DNA of 64,000 bases. Origin: Balanoglossus misakiensis. Its lineage: Eukaryota; Animalia; Hemichordata. Position numbers and translations under genes: made by a program. Each line of letters starts with the position of its first letter. Positions within the stretch are counted from its first letter, which is position 1. Of the stretch, positions 1-12,040 are shown in pieces. The notes beneath the pieces were generated by a model. The model saw only the letters and a program-made list of their open reading frames with translations, did not search any database and was not told the DNA's origin. Location: positions 1,984,001 to 2,048,000 of the forward strand of contig CM082592.2 of NCBI GenBank assembly GCA_040954595.2, given 5' to 3'.

Positions 1-69
1 GATCGACCTTTCATAGCTTATAAGGCAAGTGGGATGAAAAAAAAATGTGGTTTGTTTTGTTCTGCAAAA

Positions 70-990
70 AAAGAGGTATACCAAATAATATCATTAGAAT
101 TCTATCTGTTGTGTTAAACTTATTTACATTACAGGCACTGTAAATATACCCGAAAACAAGTTGCCACAAGGATTGAATTGTCTGGCAGCACACAAGCAAA
201 TGATACACGTCTTCGGGGGGAAATGTGCAGAAGTCACAAGTAGGACTAAGGATTTTGCCTGCTTTGTAAAGACGAAGGTTACAAAAAACTGCGTTGTGAC
301 AAATGAGATAATCCAGATCACCTAGGTAGTTATCCTTGAAATTTGTGTAAACCTTACTAAAATCAAAGTTTGGCAGGTGGAAAAGCCAATACTGAACACC
401 CGTGGGCACTGTTTTTCTCAGATGTCGAGCAATTGTAGTAATGTGTCTAACTTTAAGAGAATGGAAAGGAACACGTTGATTATGAGCATTAACAATAAAG
501 AGAGACGGGTTTTTGTCCACTTTGTTATAATTTTTGTAATTACTCTGCAGAATATCATGCCACTTTTGAGGAATTGAATTGAGGATAATATGGTACTGCT
601 TCTCAACAGTATTGCTTGTGGGAGTGTAGGGATGGGCCAATGAAACCATGTCACGAATTGCATCAACAGGTAGGAACCCAGGAATGACCTCGTATAACAA
701 ATCTCTGATTTCAACAATGCCAGCTGAGCTGAACAGTTTTATGATCGGCAGAGGGCGCCCTTCAACACTTGTAATGAAGGGGTTGTGAAACATGGGTTCA
801 TTGATAATTTCATCGTAGGAAATTGGTTGTGCACGTGAATACCTGAAAAGATGCGACCAAGACTGAAAAAGTTCCCTGTAGAATGTAGAACACTGGCGTA
901 AGTTGGCAGTATAAAGTAACATTTTAAAAGTGTCAACACCACAATTGAGATTGAGATACTTATTTAAGTTGTAGGTGACAAACAACTTGA
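70..990 (-). mobile_element. Tx1/L1-clade retrotransposon ORF2 C-terminal fragment, copy 1 (1333-bp unit)
   Basis: ORF 11-1042 carries EPMFHNPFI and the CCHC knuckle CDFC..EDVYHLLVCC typical of the L1/Tx1 ORF2 C-terminus; flanked by 5S spacer sequence. Confidence 0.88.
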
Positions 991-1127
991 AAAAATGTGG
1001 TTTGTTTTGTTCTGCAAAACAGTGGTTTTGGAATTCAGACATTTGCAGAAAAAGGAAAAAACGGAAACTTGCGATAAAAAATATTACCCTTCCGTCTACA
1101 CTTTAATGGAAAATTGGGGAAAATATT

Positions 1128-1247
1128 AAGCCTACAGCACGTAGTATTCCCAGACGGTCTCCCGTCCAAGTACTAACTATGCCCAACGCAGGTTTGCTTC
1201 GGTGATCAGACGAGAACCGGCTTATTCTACGTGGTATGGCCGTAGGC
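1128..1247 (-). rRNA. RNA5S: 5S rRNA gene (A68 variant)
   Basis: Reverse complement GCCTACGGCCATACCACGTAGAA...AGTACTTGGACGGGAGACCGTCTGGGAATAC...GTAGGCTT, 120 nt; helices pair; T4 runs follow. Confidence 0.95.
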
Positions 1248-1402
1248 GAAGGATTGTTGAAATTCTCCTGCTATGAACCCGAATGCTACACCATTGAACA
1301 CGTATCCCTACTTGGCCAATTTTAGTGGGTAACCGATCGACCTTTCATAGCTTATAAGGCAAGTGGGATGAAAAAAAATGTGGTTTGTTTTGTTCTGCAA
1401 AA

Positions 1403-2323
1403 AAAGAGGTATACCAAATAATATCATTAGAATTCTATCTGTTGTGTTAAACTTATTTACATTACAGGCACTGTAAATATACCCGAAAACAAGTTGCCAC
1501 AAGGATTGAATTGTCTGGCAGCACACAAGCAAATGATACACGTCTTCGGGGGGAAATGTGCAGAAGTCACAAGTAGGACTAAGGATTTTGCCTGCTTTGT
1601 AAAGACGAAGGTTACAAAAAACTGCGTTGTGACAAATGAGATAATCCAGATCACCTAGGTAGTTATCCTTGAAATTTGTGTAAACCTTACTAAAATCAAA
1701 GTTTGGCAGGTGGAAAAGCCAATACTGAACACCCGTGGGCACTGTTTTTCTCAGATGTCGAGCAATTGTAGTAATGTGTCTAACTTTAAGAGAATGGAAA
1801 GGAACACGTTGATTATGAGCATTAACAATAAAGAGAGACGGGTTTTTGTCCACTTTGTTATAATTTTTGTAATTACTCTGCAGAATATCATGCCACTTTT
1901 GAGGAATTGAATTGAGGATAATATGGTACTGCTTCTCAACAGTATTGCTTGTGGGAGTGTAGGGATGGGCCAATGAAACCATGTCACGAATTGCATCAAC
2001 AGGTAGGAACCCAGGAATGACCTCGTATAACAAATCTCTGATTTCAACAATGCCAGCTGAGCTGAACAGTTTTATGATCGGCAGAGGGCGCCCTTCAACA
2101 CTTGTAATGAAGGGGTTGTGAAACATGGGTTCATTGATAATTTCATCGTAGGAAATTGGTTGTGCACGTGAATACCTGAAAAGATGCGACCAAGACTGAA
2201 AAAGTTCCCTGTAGAATGTAGAACACTGGCGTAAGTTGGCAGTATAAAGTAACATTTTAAAAGTGTCAACACCACAATTGAGATTGAGATACTTATTTAA
2301 GTTGTAGGTGACAAACAACTTGA
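1403..2323 (-). mobile_element. Tx1-like ORF2 C-terminal fragment, copy 2
   Basis: Near-identical to 70-990 at a 1333-bp offset. Confidence 0.88.
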
Positions 2324-2460
2324 AAAAATGTGGTTTGTTTTGTTCTGCAAAACAGTGGTTTTGGAATTCAGACATTTGCAGAAAAAGGAAAAAACGGAAA
2401 CTTGCGATAAAAAATATTACCCTTCCGTCTACACTTTAATGGAAAATTGGGGAAAATATT

Positions 2461-2580
2461 AAGCCTACAGCACGTAGTATTCCCAGACGGTCTCCCGTCC
2501 AAGTACTAACTATGCCCAACGCAGGTTTGCTTCGGTGATCAGACGAGAACCGGCTTATTCTACGTGGTATGGCCGTAGGC
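2461..2580 (-). rRNA. RNA5S: 5S rRNA gene (A68 variant)
   Basis: Matches 1128-1247. Confidence 0.95.
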
Positions 2581-2735
2581 GAAGGATTGTTGAAATTCTC
2601 CTGCTATGAACCCGAATGCTACACCATTGAACACGTATCCCTACTTGGCCAATTTTAGTGGGTAACCGATCGACCTTTCATAGCTTATAAGGCAAGTGGG
2701 ATGAAAAAAAATGTGGTTTGTTTTGTTCTGCAAAA

Positions 2736-4076
2736 AAAGAGGTATACCAAATAATATCATTAGAATTCTATCTGTTGTGTTAAACTTATTTACATTACAG
2801 GCACTGTAAATATACCCGAAAACAAGTTGCCACAAGGATTGAATTGTCTGGCAGCACACAAGCAAATGATACACGTCTTCGGGGGGAAATGTGCAGAAGT
2901 CACAAGTAGGACTAAGGATTTTGCCTGCTTTGTAAAGACGAAGGTTACAAAAAACTGCGTTGTGACAAATGAGATAATCCAGATCACCTAGGTAGTTATC
3001 CTTGAAATTTGTGTAAACCTTACTAAAATCAAAGTTTGGCAGGTGGAAAAGCCAATACTGAACACCCGTGGGCACTGTTTTTCTCAGATGTCGAGCAATT
3101 GTAGTAATGTGTCTAACTTTAAGAGAATGGAAAGGAACACGTTGATTATGAGCATTAACAATAAAGAGAGACGGGTTTTTGTCCACTTTGTTATAATTTT
3201 TGTAATTACTCTGCAGAATATCATGCCACATTTGAGGAATTGAATTGAGGATAATATGGTACTGCTTCTCAACAGTATTGCTTGTGGGAGTGTAGGGATG
3301 GGCCAATGAAACCATGTCACGAATTGCATCAACAGGTAGGAACCCAGGAATGACCTCGTATAACAAATCTCTGATTTCAACAATGCCAGCTGAGCTGAAC
3401 AGTTTTATGATCGGCAGAGGGCGCCCTTCAACACTTGTAATGAAGGGGTTGTGAAACATGGGTTCATTGATAATTTCATCGTAGGAAATTGGTTGTGCAC
3501 GTGAATACCTGAAAAGATGCGACCAAGACTGAAAAAGTTCCCTGTAGAATGTAGAACACTGGCGTAAGTTGGCAGTATAAAGTAACATTTTAAAAGTGTC
3601 AACACCACAATTGAGATTGAGATACTTATTTAAGTTGTAGGTGACAAACAACTTGAATTTGTGTACATAATCTTTATCCTGTAATTTACACAACCACTTG
3701 AGACGAAGTGCTGGCACTTTGTCTTGAATATTTGTGATTTTTAGTCCCCCATCTTGAATGTCGGAAGTGATGACATCATATTTCACCCTGTGATGACCTT
3801 AGCTCAAGAAGAAATTACAGATCATTCAAAATTTGTATGTGTTGCTGAGGCAAAGAAACAACAGATGCCCGGTACCAAAGAGTAGACGTAACAAGGGAGT
3901 TGATTAGAAGGGTTTTCCCTTTGTACGACAAATGACCAAGATTTCAGAATTCTACAGATGTTTTGAATGCGCTGAGCCCAATTGAAATCATCTGCAACTG
4001 ACTTGTCATGACTCAGCATGACACCAAGAATGACCAGGCCATCCGGTTGAAGCTTAACAGGTAAAGGGCAGTCAGT
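2736..4076 (-). mobile_element. Tx1-like fragment, copy 3 (longer; 5' end joined to 5S nt 38)
   Basis: ORF 2641-3786 includes DGGLKITNI..ALRLKW (post-RT Tx1/L1 motif); frameshifted upstream. Confidence 0.88.
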
Positions 4077-4114
4077 ACGAGAACCGGCTTATTCTACGTG
4101 GTATGGCCGTAAGT
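4077..4114 (-). pseudogene. Truncated 5S head (nt 1-38) fused to TE
   Basis: acgagaaccggcttattctacgtggtatggccgtaagt directly abuts TE sequence cagtcagt. Confidence 0.9.
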
Positions 4115-4268
4115 GAAGGATGCTGGAATTTTTCCTGCTATAAACCCGAATGCTACACCATTGAACACGTATCCCGACTTGGCCAATTTTAGTGGGTAAC
4201 CGATCGACCTTTCATAGCTTATAAGGCAAGTGGGATGAAAAAAATGTGGTTTGTTTTGTTCTGCAAAA

Positions 4269-7119
4269 AAGAGGTATACCAAATATTATCATTAGAATTC
4301 TATCTGTTGTGTTAAACTTATTTACATTACAGGCACTGTAAATATACTCGAAAACAAGTAGCCACAAGGATTGAATTGTCTGGCAGCACACAAGCAAATG
4401 ATACACGTCTTCAGGGGGAAATGTGCAGAAGTCACAAGTAGGACTAAGGATTTTGCCTGCTTTGTAAAGACGAAGGTTACTAAAAACTGCGTTGTGACAA
4501 ATGAGATAATCCAGATCACCCAGGTAGTTATCCTTGAAATTTGTGTAAACCTTACTAAAATCAAAGTTTGGCAAGTGAAAGAGCCAATACTGAACACCCG
4601 TGGACACTGTTTTTCTCAGATGTCGAGCAATTGTAGTAATGTGTCTAACTTTAAGAGAATGGAAAGGAACACGTTGATCATGAGCATTAACAATAAAGAG
4701 AGACGGGTTTTTGTCCACTTTGTTATAATCTTTGTAATTACTCTGCAGAATATCATGCCACTTTTGAGGAATTGAATTAAGGATAATATGGTACTGCTTC
4801 TCAACAGTATTGCTTGTGGGAGTGTAGGGATGGGCCAATGAAAACATGTCACGAATTGCATCAACAGGTATATAGGAACCCATGAATACGATGCTGAAGT
4901 TAGTGTCGGTTTCGGATTCAGTTTCGGATTCGGTTTCGGATTCGGGTACGAGAGACTGAAAATAGTTAAGCATTTTCGAGCGACCATCGCGGTTTGGCAT
5001 CTGCAGTACGAGTATGAAAATAACTCTGTAAAAATATGAATATATTTGATGTTATGTATGATATTTTTGGCACCAAAACACTGTTTTTTCACATCGGAAA
5101 TTGTTAAATACGTATTTTATTATCGAAAAAACATACTTCGATGATAGAAAGAAAATATTTTGTAATTTTCGGTTTGAATAAACATCTTTTGGGTGAGAAA
5201 AATGTCATACATAATAAGTACAGATTAAATCAAATTTATTCGTGTTTTAGTAAATTAATTTTCATTCTCGTACTGCAGATGCCAAACCGCGATGGTTGCC
5301 CGTAAATGCTAAACTACTTTCAGTCTCTCCAACACGAATCCGAAACCAAATCCGAAACTTAATCCGAAACCAAATCCGAGTCTTACTTCAGTATCGTCCC
5401 AGGAGTGACCTCGTATAACAAATCTCTGATTTTGACAATGCCAGCTGAGCTGAAAAGTTTTATGATCGGCAGAGGGCGCCCTTCAACACTTGTAATGAAG
5501 GGGTTGTGAAAAATGGGTTCATTGATAATTTCATCGTAGGAAATTGGTTGTGCACGTGAATACCTGAAAAGATGCGACCAAGACTGAAAAAGTTCCCTGT
5601 AGAATGTAGAACACTGGCGTAAGTTGGCAGGATAAAGTAACATTTTAAAAGTGTCAACACCACAATTGAGATTGAGATACTTATTTAAGTTGTAGGTGAC
5701 AAACAACTTGAATTTGTGTACATAACCCTTTGAGGGACAATTTATGAAATGACCAAGATTTCAGAATTCTGCAGACTTTTGGAATGCGCTGAGCCCAATT
5801 GAAATCATCAGCAACTGATTTGTCATGACTCAACATGACACCAGGAATGACCATGCCATCCGGTTGAAGCAGGACAGGTAAGGGGCAGTCAGTACGTCCT
5901 CTATTGTTTCCTATCCACATCAAAGCACTATTGTTCAAATTAACCTTTGACCCAGAAGCTTTACCGTAATCACAAAAAACCTGATACGTTTCGCGGATAG
6001 AATGGTCATCGCTAACGGTAAGTGTGGTAACGGTGAGGAAGATACAGTACTGCCAGGAATTTGAATACCATGTATGATGTGGTTACGCTGAATAGCGGCA
6101 TTTAGAGGCCAAGCCGACAGCACGTACAACATTGCTGACAGCGGGCACCCTTGTCTGACACTTCGTTTAATTAACACCGAGTCAGACAAAAACCCGTTAA
6201 TTTTTACATTACGTATAACCTGGTTGTACAGTATCGAAATCCATTAAACAAAATTGTCACCGAACCTGAACGCCCTCTGTGTGTTAAGCAAATACTTGTG
6301 ATCAACACGATCAAAGGCTTTCATCTGATCAAATTTCAGAATGGCACCTGAACAGATACTGGACTCAACATGATGAATAAGATCTCCCATACAGAAAACA
6401 TTGTCCACAATGTCACGACCTGGGACACAGCAAGTTTGATCTGGGCTGACAATGGAGGGCCTAATTCTATTGAGCCTTATGGCAAGTGTTTAAGCAAGAA
6501 TGTTGTAATCACAGTTGAGGAGGGTTATAGGGCGCCAATTTTTAATGTAACGGGGGTCACTGTCTGCTTTAGGGATTAAGGTAATAAGACCAGTTTTCCA
6601 CCCATCGGGGAGAATGTTATTGGAGTAAATACAGTTGAAAATGTCAAGCAAATCCTCTTTGATATCTTCCCAAAAGTGAAGATAAAATTCGTACGGTAAA
6701 CCATCAGCGCCTGGGCTTTGATTATGAATACATTTAGAGAGGGCAAAGGTCACCTCTTCTACCGAAGACTCTGAATCGGCGACAGCGCACTCCTCATCAG
6801 AAACAGTATTTGTGATGTAACTAAGGAAAGTATTTTGAAGTGCAAGATCACAAGGCTCAGTGTTATAAAGCTTAGAGTAAAATGCATGAGCTTCTGAAAT
6901 TATATCAGTGATGTCGGTGAGAATTTCATTGTTGTCATAATTAAGGATTTGATGCATTTTTTTCCTGCTTAGACTTTTCGAGGTTAAAGAAAAACCGAGT
7001 GGATTTCTCACCCTCCTCATACCACTGAATCTTGGAACGGATTAAGGCCACCTGGGTTTCTAAGGAAATAATGTTGTCAAGGTCTTCTTGAATGATATGT
7101 GCATTAATAAGATCATAGT
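4269..7119 (-). mobile_element. Longest Tx1-like copy: degenerate RT domain plus C-terminus
   Basis: RT motifs SPGADGLPYEFY, NWRPITLLNCDYNIL, DQMKAFDRVDH and SVRQGCPLS; frameshifts, an internal deletion near 5725 and a MITE insertion. Confidence 0.9.
4888..5397. mobile_element. MITE with ~135-bp TIRs and 9-bp TSD (Mutator-like)
   Basis: Termini acgatgctgaagt / acttcagtatcgt; TSD cccatgaat / cccaggagt versus the single cccaggaat in uninserted TE copies. Confidence 0.8.
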
Positions 7120-7149
7120 CGGCTTATTCTAAGTGGTATGGCCGTAGGC
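7120..7149 (-). pseudogene. Truncated 5S head (nt 1-30) fused to TE; edge of left array
   Basis: cggcttattctaagtggtatggccgtaggc followed by 5S upstream spacer to ~7278, then unique DNA. Confidence 0.85.
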
Positions 7150-7685
7150 GAAAGATGCTTGAATTTCTCCTGCTATAAACCTGAATCCTACACCATTGAA
7201 CACGTATCCTGACTTGGCCAATTTTAGTGGGTAACCGATTGACCTTTCATAGCTTATAAGGCAAGTGGGATGAAAAAACACCAACAGCACTGTTTCCTCT
7301 TTTCCGGGTAGAACTAAATGTATGCCTGTCTGTTTACATTGCAATCTCTGGTGTTGTCTGAACGAAGACATGCATCACAGGAAAACGCTCGTGCCAGCTT
7401 TCACGTCTCATGTCGTATTTAACTGACATCGCAGAGAAGCCAATGCTGCAGCTGTCAGCGTGAAACTAAGACTCTGGGAGACTGGTCAAATATGGGAGGA
7501 GCCCATCCCATGACATTTGAAAACTTCCTGGTACGAGACTTGCTTGTCCATGTCGCGACTTGATCGCGATTGCAGCTACAAGCTGCAAATTTGTGTTAGG
7601 GAATAATAACTTCCCTGTCACAAAACGAGTTCACTGCAAGGTAACACAAATAAAAGAGGAATTTCGTAATTTTACTATTTAGTAA

Positions 7686-7940
7686 AAAATAAAAAATATG
7701 TACTTTTCCGATTACCCGACCTACCCTAATTTTACCCCACTGACCCTAAAGTTTTTAGCGTTAGTAAACTCGGAAGTAAAAATAACGATGTCAAATATAC
7801 AACATTTTTATGGAAATCACGCGAGAACTATGATGTCATTCTTCTACACTACGCCGGCCAGGGAAATAAACAAACATTGCAAATCCCCTGCCTACCTACC
7901 CTATTTTTTGAAAACCATGTAATCATATATTTTTGGCTTT
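7686..7940. mobile_element. MITE family copy (second copy ~52449-52695)
   Basis: Shared aaataaaaaatatg..ttccgattacccgacctaccctaatttt core at both sites. Confidence 0.55.
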
Positions 7941-8147
7941 ATTTGTAATGGGTAGGAACTCCGAACGTTACTCATCCTGTCCGTCAAGTTTTTATACCTT
8001 GATGACTTAAGACTCACATGCAGTCGATGTGTATACAGATGATCACTTTATATATATTGTTTATTCGGTAAATATAGGCCACCGGCCTTCCTTACAATCG
8101 ATACAGTAAACATACAGACCAACTTTAGGTCAGCTATACATTACACG

Positions 8148-10800
8148 TTACTGCACATTTATAATATCTTGTAGCAAATTTTCCCTTAGTTTGAAACTGT
8201 AAAAAATAAACTTTATAATAGTACTGGGATGTTGAGAACTTAGGATATTTATAAATTTTGCTTCTGTTGGTATGGCATGACAGTAAGAAGGAAGAAAACG
8301 TTTCCTCAAGTCCTCGTATATGGGGCAAACTAAACAAAAATGAAATTCGTTTTCTATTTGATTTGTACTACATAACTGGCAAACTCTGTCTTCCCTTGGA
8401 ATATTTTCAAATCTACCACTCTCTATACGCAAATTGTGATTTGACACTTGAAATTTACATAAAGTCCTTCTGAATATCTCCACATTAATAACACCTAAAT
8501 ACTTCTCAAATACAAGATTATTTTTAAAAAGTCGAAATGTATCTAACTTCGAGGTATTGAGCAGGCTTGTTTTCCATTGTTGGAAGCCAATATCAAAAGA
8601 TCTCTGTTTAAATACAGATAAAAAGAAGCATTCATCACCTACGGCTTGCATGTCCCATAAGTTTGTAGCAAACGCTTTACATTATAAGCCCAACAATTGT
8701 AGCCCTTTTCGGCCATTTCATATTGACATCTTAATATATGTGGCATTATCACTATGTAAAAGTTTCAACCAATATTTAACAATGCGGGACAGTCTCGTAA
8801 CTCGCAAAGGCACTCTACCAAGTTCCCAGAGAACAGCAGAGTTGCATGTTTTAGTGCCAACATTTAAAATAAATTTGCAACAAAGACTATGCACAGTTTC
8901 CACATCAGAACCCTCGTGAAAGCCCCAAACTTCGCAACCATACACAAGGATTGGTAAAATTTTACAGTAGAAAATTCTAAGTGCAATATTAACGTCTACA
9001 TTCTTAAAGAGGCTGAGGTATTGTTTAATACCGTACATCACAATTTTAGCATGTTTCGCAAATTTCTCTTGGGCGCTAGACCATATACCCGAACGAGAGA
9101 ATTGTAAGCCAAGATAATTAAAATAAGAGACTATTTCTACATTTTTACCATCTAAATACCATTTTTCACAGTTTTTTAGTCTCCCCTTTCCTAAATACCA
9201 TGACTTTTGTCTTTATTGAATTAACTTTTAACTTCCATTTTTTGCAGTAAATACTCAGTTTATTGAGTTGCCTTTGCAACCTGTGCTTTTTCAAAATCGA
9301 TAAAGGCACAGTATAACTCCATTTTATGCTTAACTAAATACTTCCATACTGTAGTGTCTAAAATAAAAATATTATCAGTGGTGCTACGATATTTTCGGAA
9401 TTCAGCCTGTGCTTGTGAAATAGGGCAGTTAGCTTCAATAAACTCAGAAATTCGCTTGTGCATAATGTTACATAAAACCTTACTGGCAACAGGAAGTAAT
9501 GTAATCCCTCTATAGTTACCAACAGAATCACGAGAACCTTTTTTGTGAAGAGGGACGATCATACCTTTTACCCATTCTATTGGAAAATTACCTGAATTCA
9601 AAATTGCATTACAAAGTTTCAACATGTGACCGGGGGTTGATTTACCTACTTACCTGTGACAGGGGGGATTGACTTACTTACTTACCTATGTGACCGGGGG
9701 TTGATTTACCTACTTACCTGTGACAGGGGGGATTGACTTACTTACTTACCTACATACGTTGAGGGCGCTATACACACATATATAGGACCGCACTACTAGG
9801 TCATTCATTATCTGACCTGTGCTCTTTCATTTTGTTACCTGTATGTGTAGGTGAGTTTACCTTTTACAATCCACTTTAGATAGTGCTAAATATAAGCCAT
9901 CCAAATATTTGAATACCTGGTATTGCTTTAGTTGATATTTATAGTTGTAGTGGGGGAATTTACTTTATTCTTCTTTAGTTATTTATACTTGTTTTTGGCA
10001 TTTAAAAATGTGGTGATGTGTGCTTCATGACCGATTCAACTTAACTCATGTAACAGATTCATTATCTGACCCGTGCTCTTTCATTTTGTTACCTGTATGT
10101 GTAGGCCTACCTGTGCTGTACTATATGTAATGTATGACTTATACGGCCGAAATAAAAAGTTGAACCACCAGAAGTGACAACCACAATTTTTCCGAGCATG
10201 GTGTATTATTTGCTGACCCTAAATGGGCAAGCTTCACAAACAGAATCTCTTTAAATTCACGACTGCTATACTTAAAGAATTCTACAGGGATTCCATGGAA
10301 CCCCGCAGCTTTACCCAGCTTTAATTTCTGGATTGACCAGTCAACTTCATCCATTGTGATCTCGTCATCCAGTATACTAGTGTTTATAGAACTGTCATCA
10401 ACTGAATTACTATTTACAAAATCTTCTGAAGAAAATGAATTATTAACAAATTCGTCAACTTCTTGGTAAAAATCCGAAAAGTTATCGTCTATATTTCTTG
10501 GGGTATTAAACAGTACTCAATCCATTCCTGTGGTGAAATAGTATCCGGAGCACAGGGAGTGTAGGGTCTCAACATCGACAAGAATCGTTTAGAGTTGGTA
10601 TCCTTGGCAGCTTCAGCAAAGTTCTTCTGTTTCAAGATGTCGTAGCTTTTCTTTTTTTGTCTTAACGTGTCACGATAGTTACGTTGTTTAGCGTTAAAGT
10701 CACTGTAAGAAGTTGCACTAAGCATACATTTGTGTATTTTCAAAGCTCTTTTGACTTCCTATTTCAATTTGCTACAATCTTTGTCCCACCATCCACTTTT
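8148..10800 (-). mobile_element. Degenerate LINE ORF2 (RTE-X-like)
   Basis: PLHKKGSRDSVGNYRGITLL, AFIDFEKA, LVYGCEVWG, HNLRIESGR..RVCQLC..ENEFHFCLVCPIY; broken frames; interrupted ~9626-10220. Confidence 0.8.
9626..9752. repeat. Minisatellite (~64 bp x2, made of ~30-bp subunits) inserted in the LINE
   Basis: gtgac-ggggg-ttga-ttac(ct)tacttacct repeated four times. Confidence 0.75.
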
Positions 10801-11008
10801 CTTTACACAATTCTTATCGGTTTTTCTTTTTACCATACACTGGAGAGATGTGTAAATTAAATTATTTTAATTGTGTGTTATTTGATTTATAGTATTCTTC
10901 CCACCTGACCTACAGTACAGGCCTGAGGGTCGTTCATTGAATATGAGTTAACGATCGACCGACCAATACGTGTACCTTATGAGCTGTAACAGCTGTTGAC
11001 TCATATGA

Positions 11009-11196
11009 CTGTAAAACGGGAAATTTAGCGAATGAGAGCCAAAAAAACGCGATAATAAATAAAGAGTCGCCAAGGACAATGTGTACAATAGAATGTAATT
11101 CGGAGATAAACAGAACGCGAAAATAAATCGTCGCAGAATCGTCACCTCTGTTCATATCGCGAAGCTTTTCAGTCGCGAAAAATTCCCGTTTTACAG
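11009..11196. mobile_element. Small Tc1/mariner-type MITE
   Basis: TIRs ctgtaaaacgggaaattt / aaaattcccgttttacag; TA on the right flank. Confidence 0.6.
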
Positions 11197-11646
11197 TATG
11201 ATCATTTGATGCGCTTTGAGGACTCGTGTGGTCGATGAAATATATCATTTACCGGTCCGAAATTCTCTAGATATTCTGATTCTGTGCTATACTTCCAGTG
11301 ACGGCATGCAATAAAGACCTATAACAACTAAGTGTCGCACACACCCATGGTTCTGTCTCCATTCAAGATGAAACTTGGGTTGAAGACTTTGATCAGAGAA
11401 GGGATTTTTCACAAAAAAAAGCGATAGAAGTTATTGTGTTAATTTTGTGAAAAAAGACGACAAGGTGACTACGGCGTGTTAATGGTTATATGAGAGAACT
11501 GCCGTAGGCCAGCTCTGCAGTGTTTCTCCAACGGAGTTTAAATACAGCTAGTGCTGCAGTATTGTTTTAAAACAGATGACAGTTTTTGTTTGTAAAACTG
11601 ACAGAGAAATCGCGTTCCTAATGAATAAAATCATGATCGTTTTCGT

Positions 11647-12040
11647 TCAACTTTTGTGGTATTTACACCGAGTCCTGTTCCCCCGCAGTGGCACCTGTTT
11701 GATCCCAGAATTCCTAGGACATATCCATTGCAGCTGTTTGTTGTATATCCTTCGAAGGAGCTGGTGCGCGTCGTAGCCAAGGTGGATGCATTGCTCCATT
11801 TGCCAGTTCTCTTCCCCGCGCCGCCCAATCGTGTCCCTCTGCAATCGACGAAATCTGCCCAAGGCCCCTTCGAAATCGCCCTTGTATTCTTCCACGCGTT
11901 TCCGAAACGTACGGTTAAAGTAGTCGTACAGCTTCACGTCGTTAAACCTGGCGACCATTTCCCCCAGCGCGGGCGTCAGAGGCGCGGGCTTCTCCTTGTG
12001 CAGCTTGCAAAAGGAGTGTTACGGCACGCTGGCCGTTGAG
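11647..12040 (-). other. GC-rich intronless ORF remnant with Cys/His motifs, unknown function
   Basis: 103-aa ORF; upstream frame continues HSFCKLHKEKP to a stop/frameshift; GC-rich relative to flanks. Confidence 0.35.
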
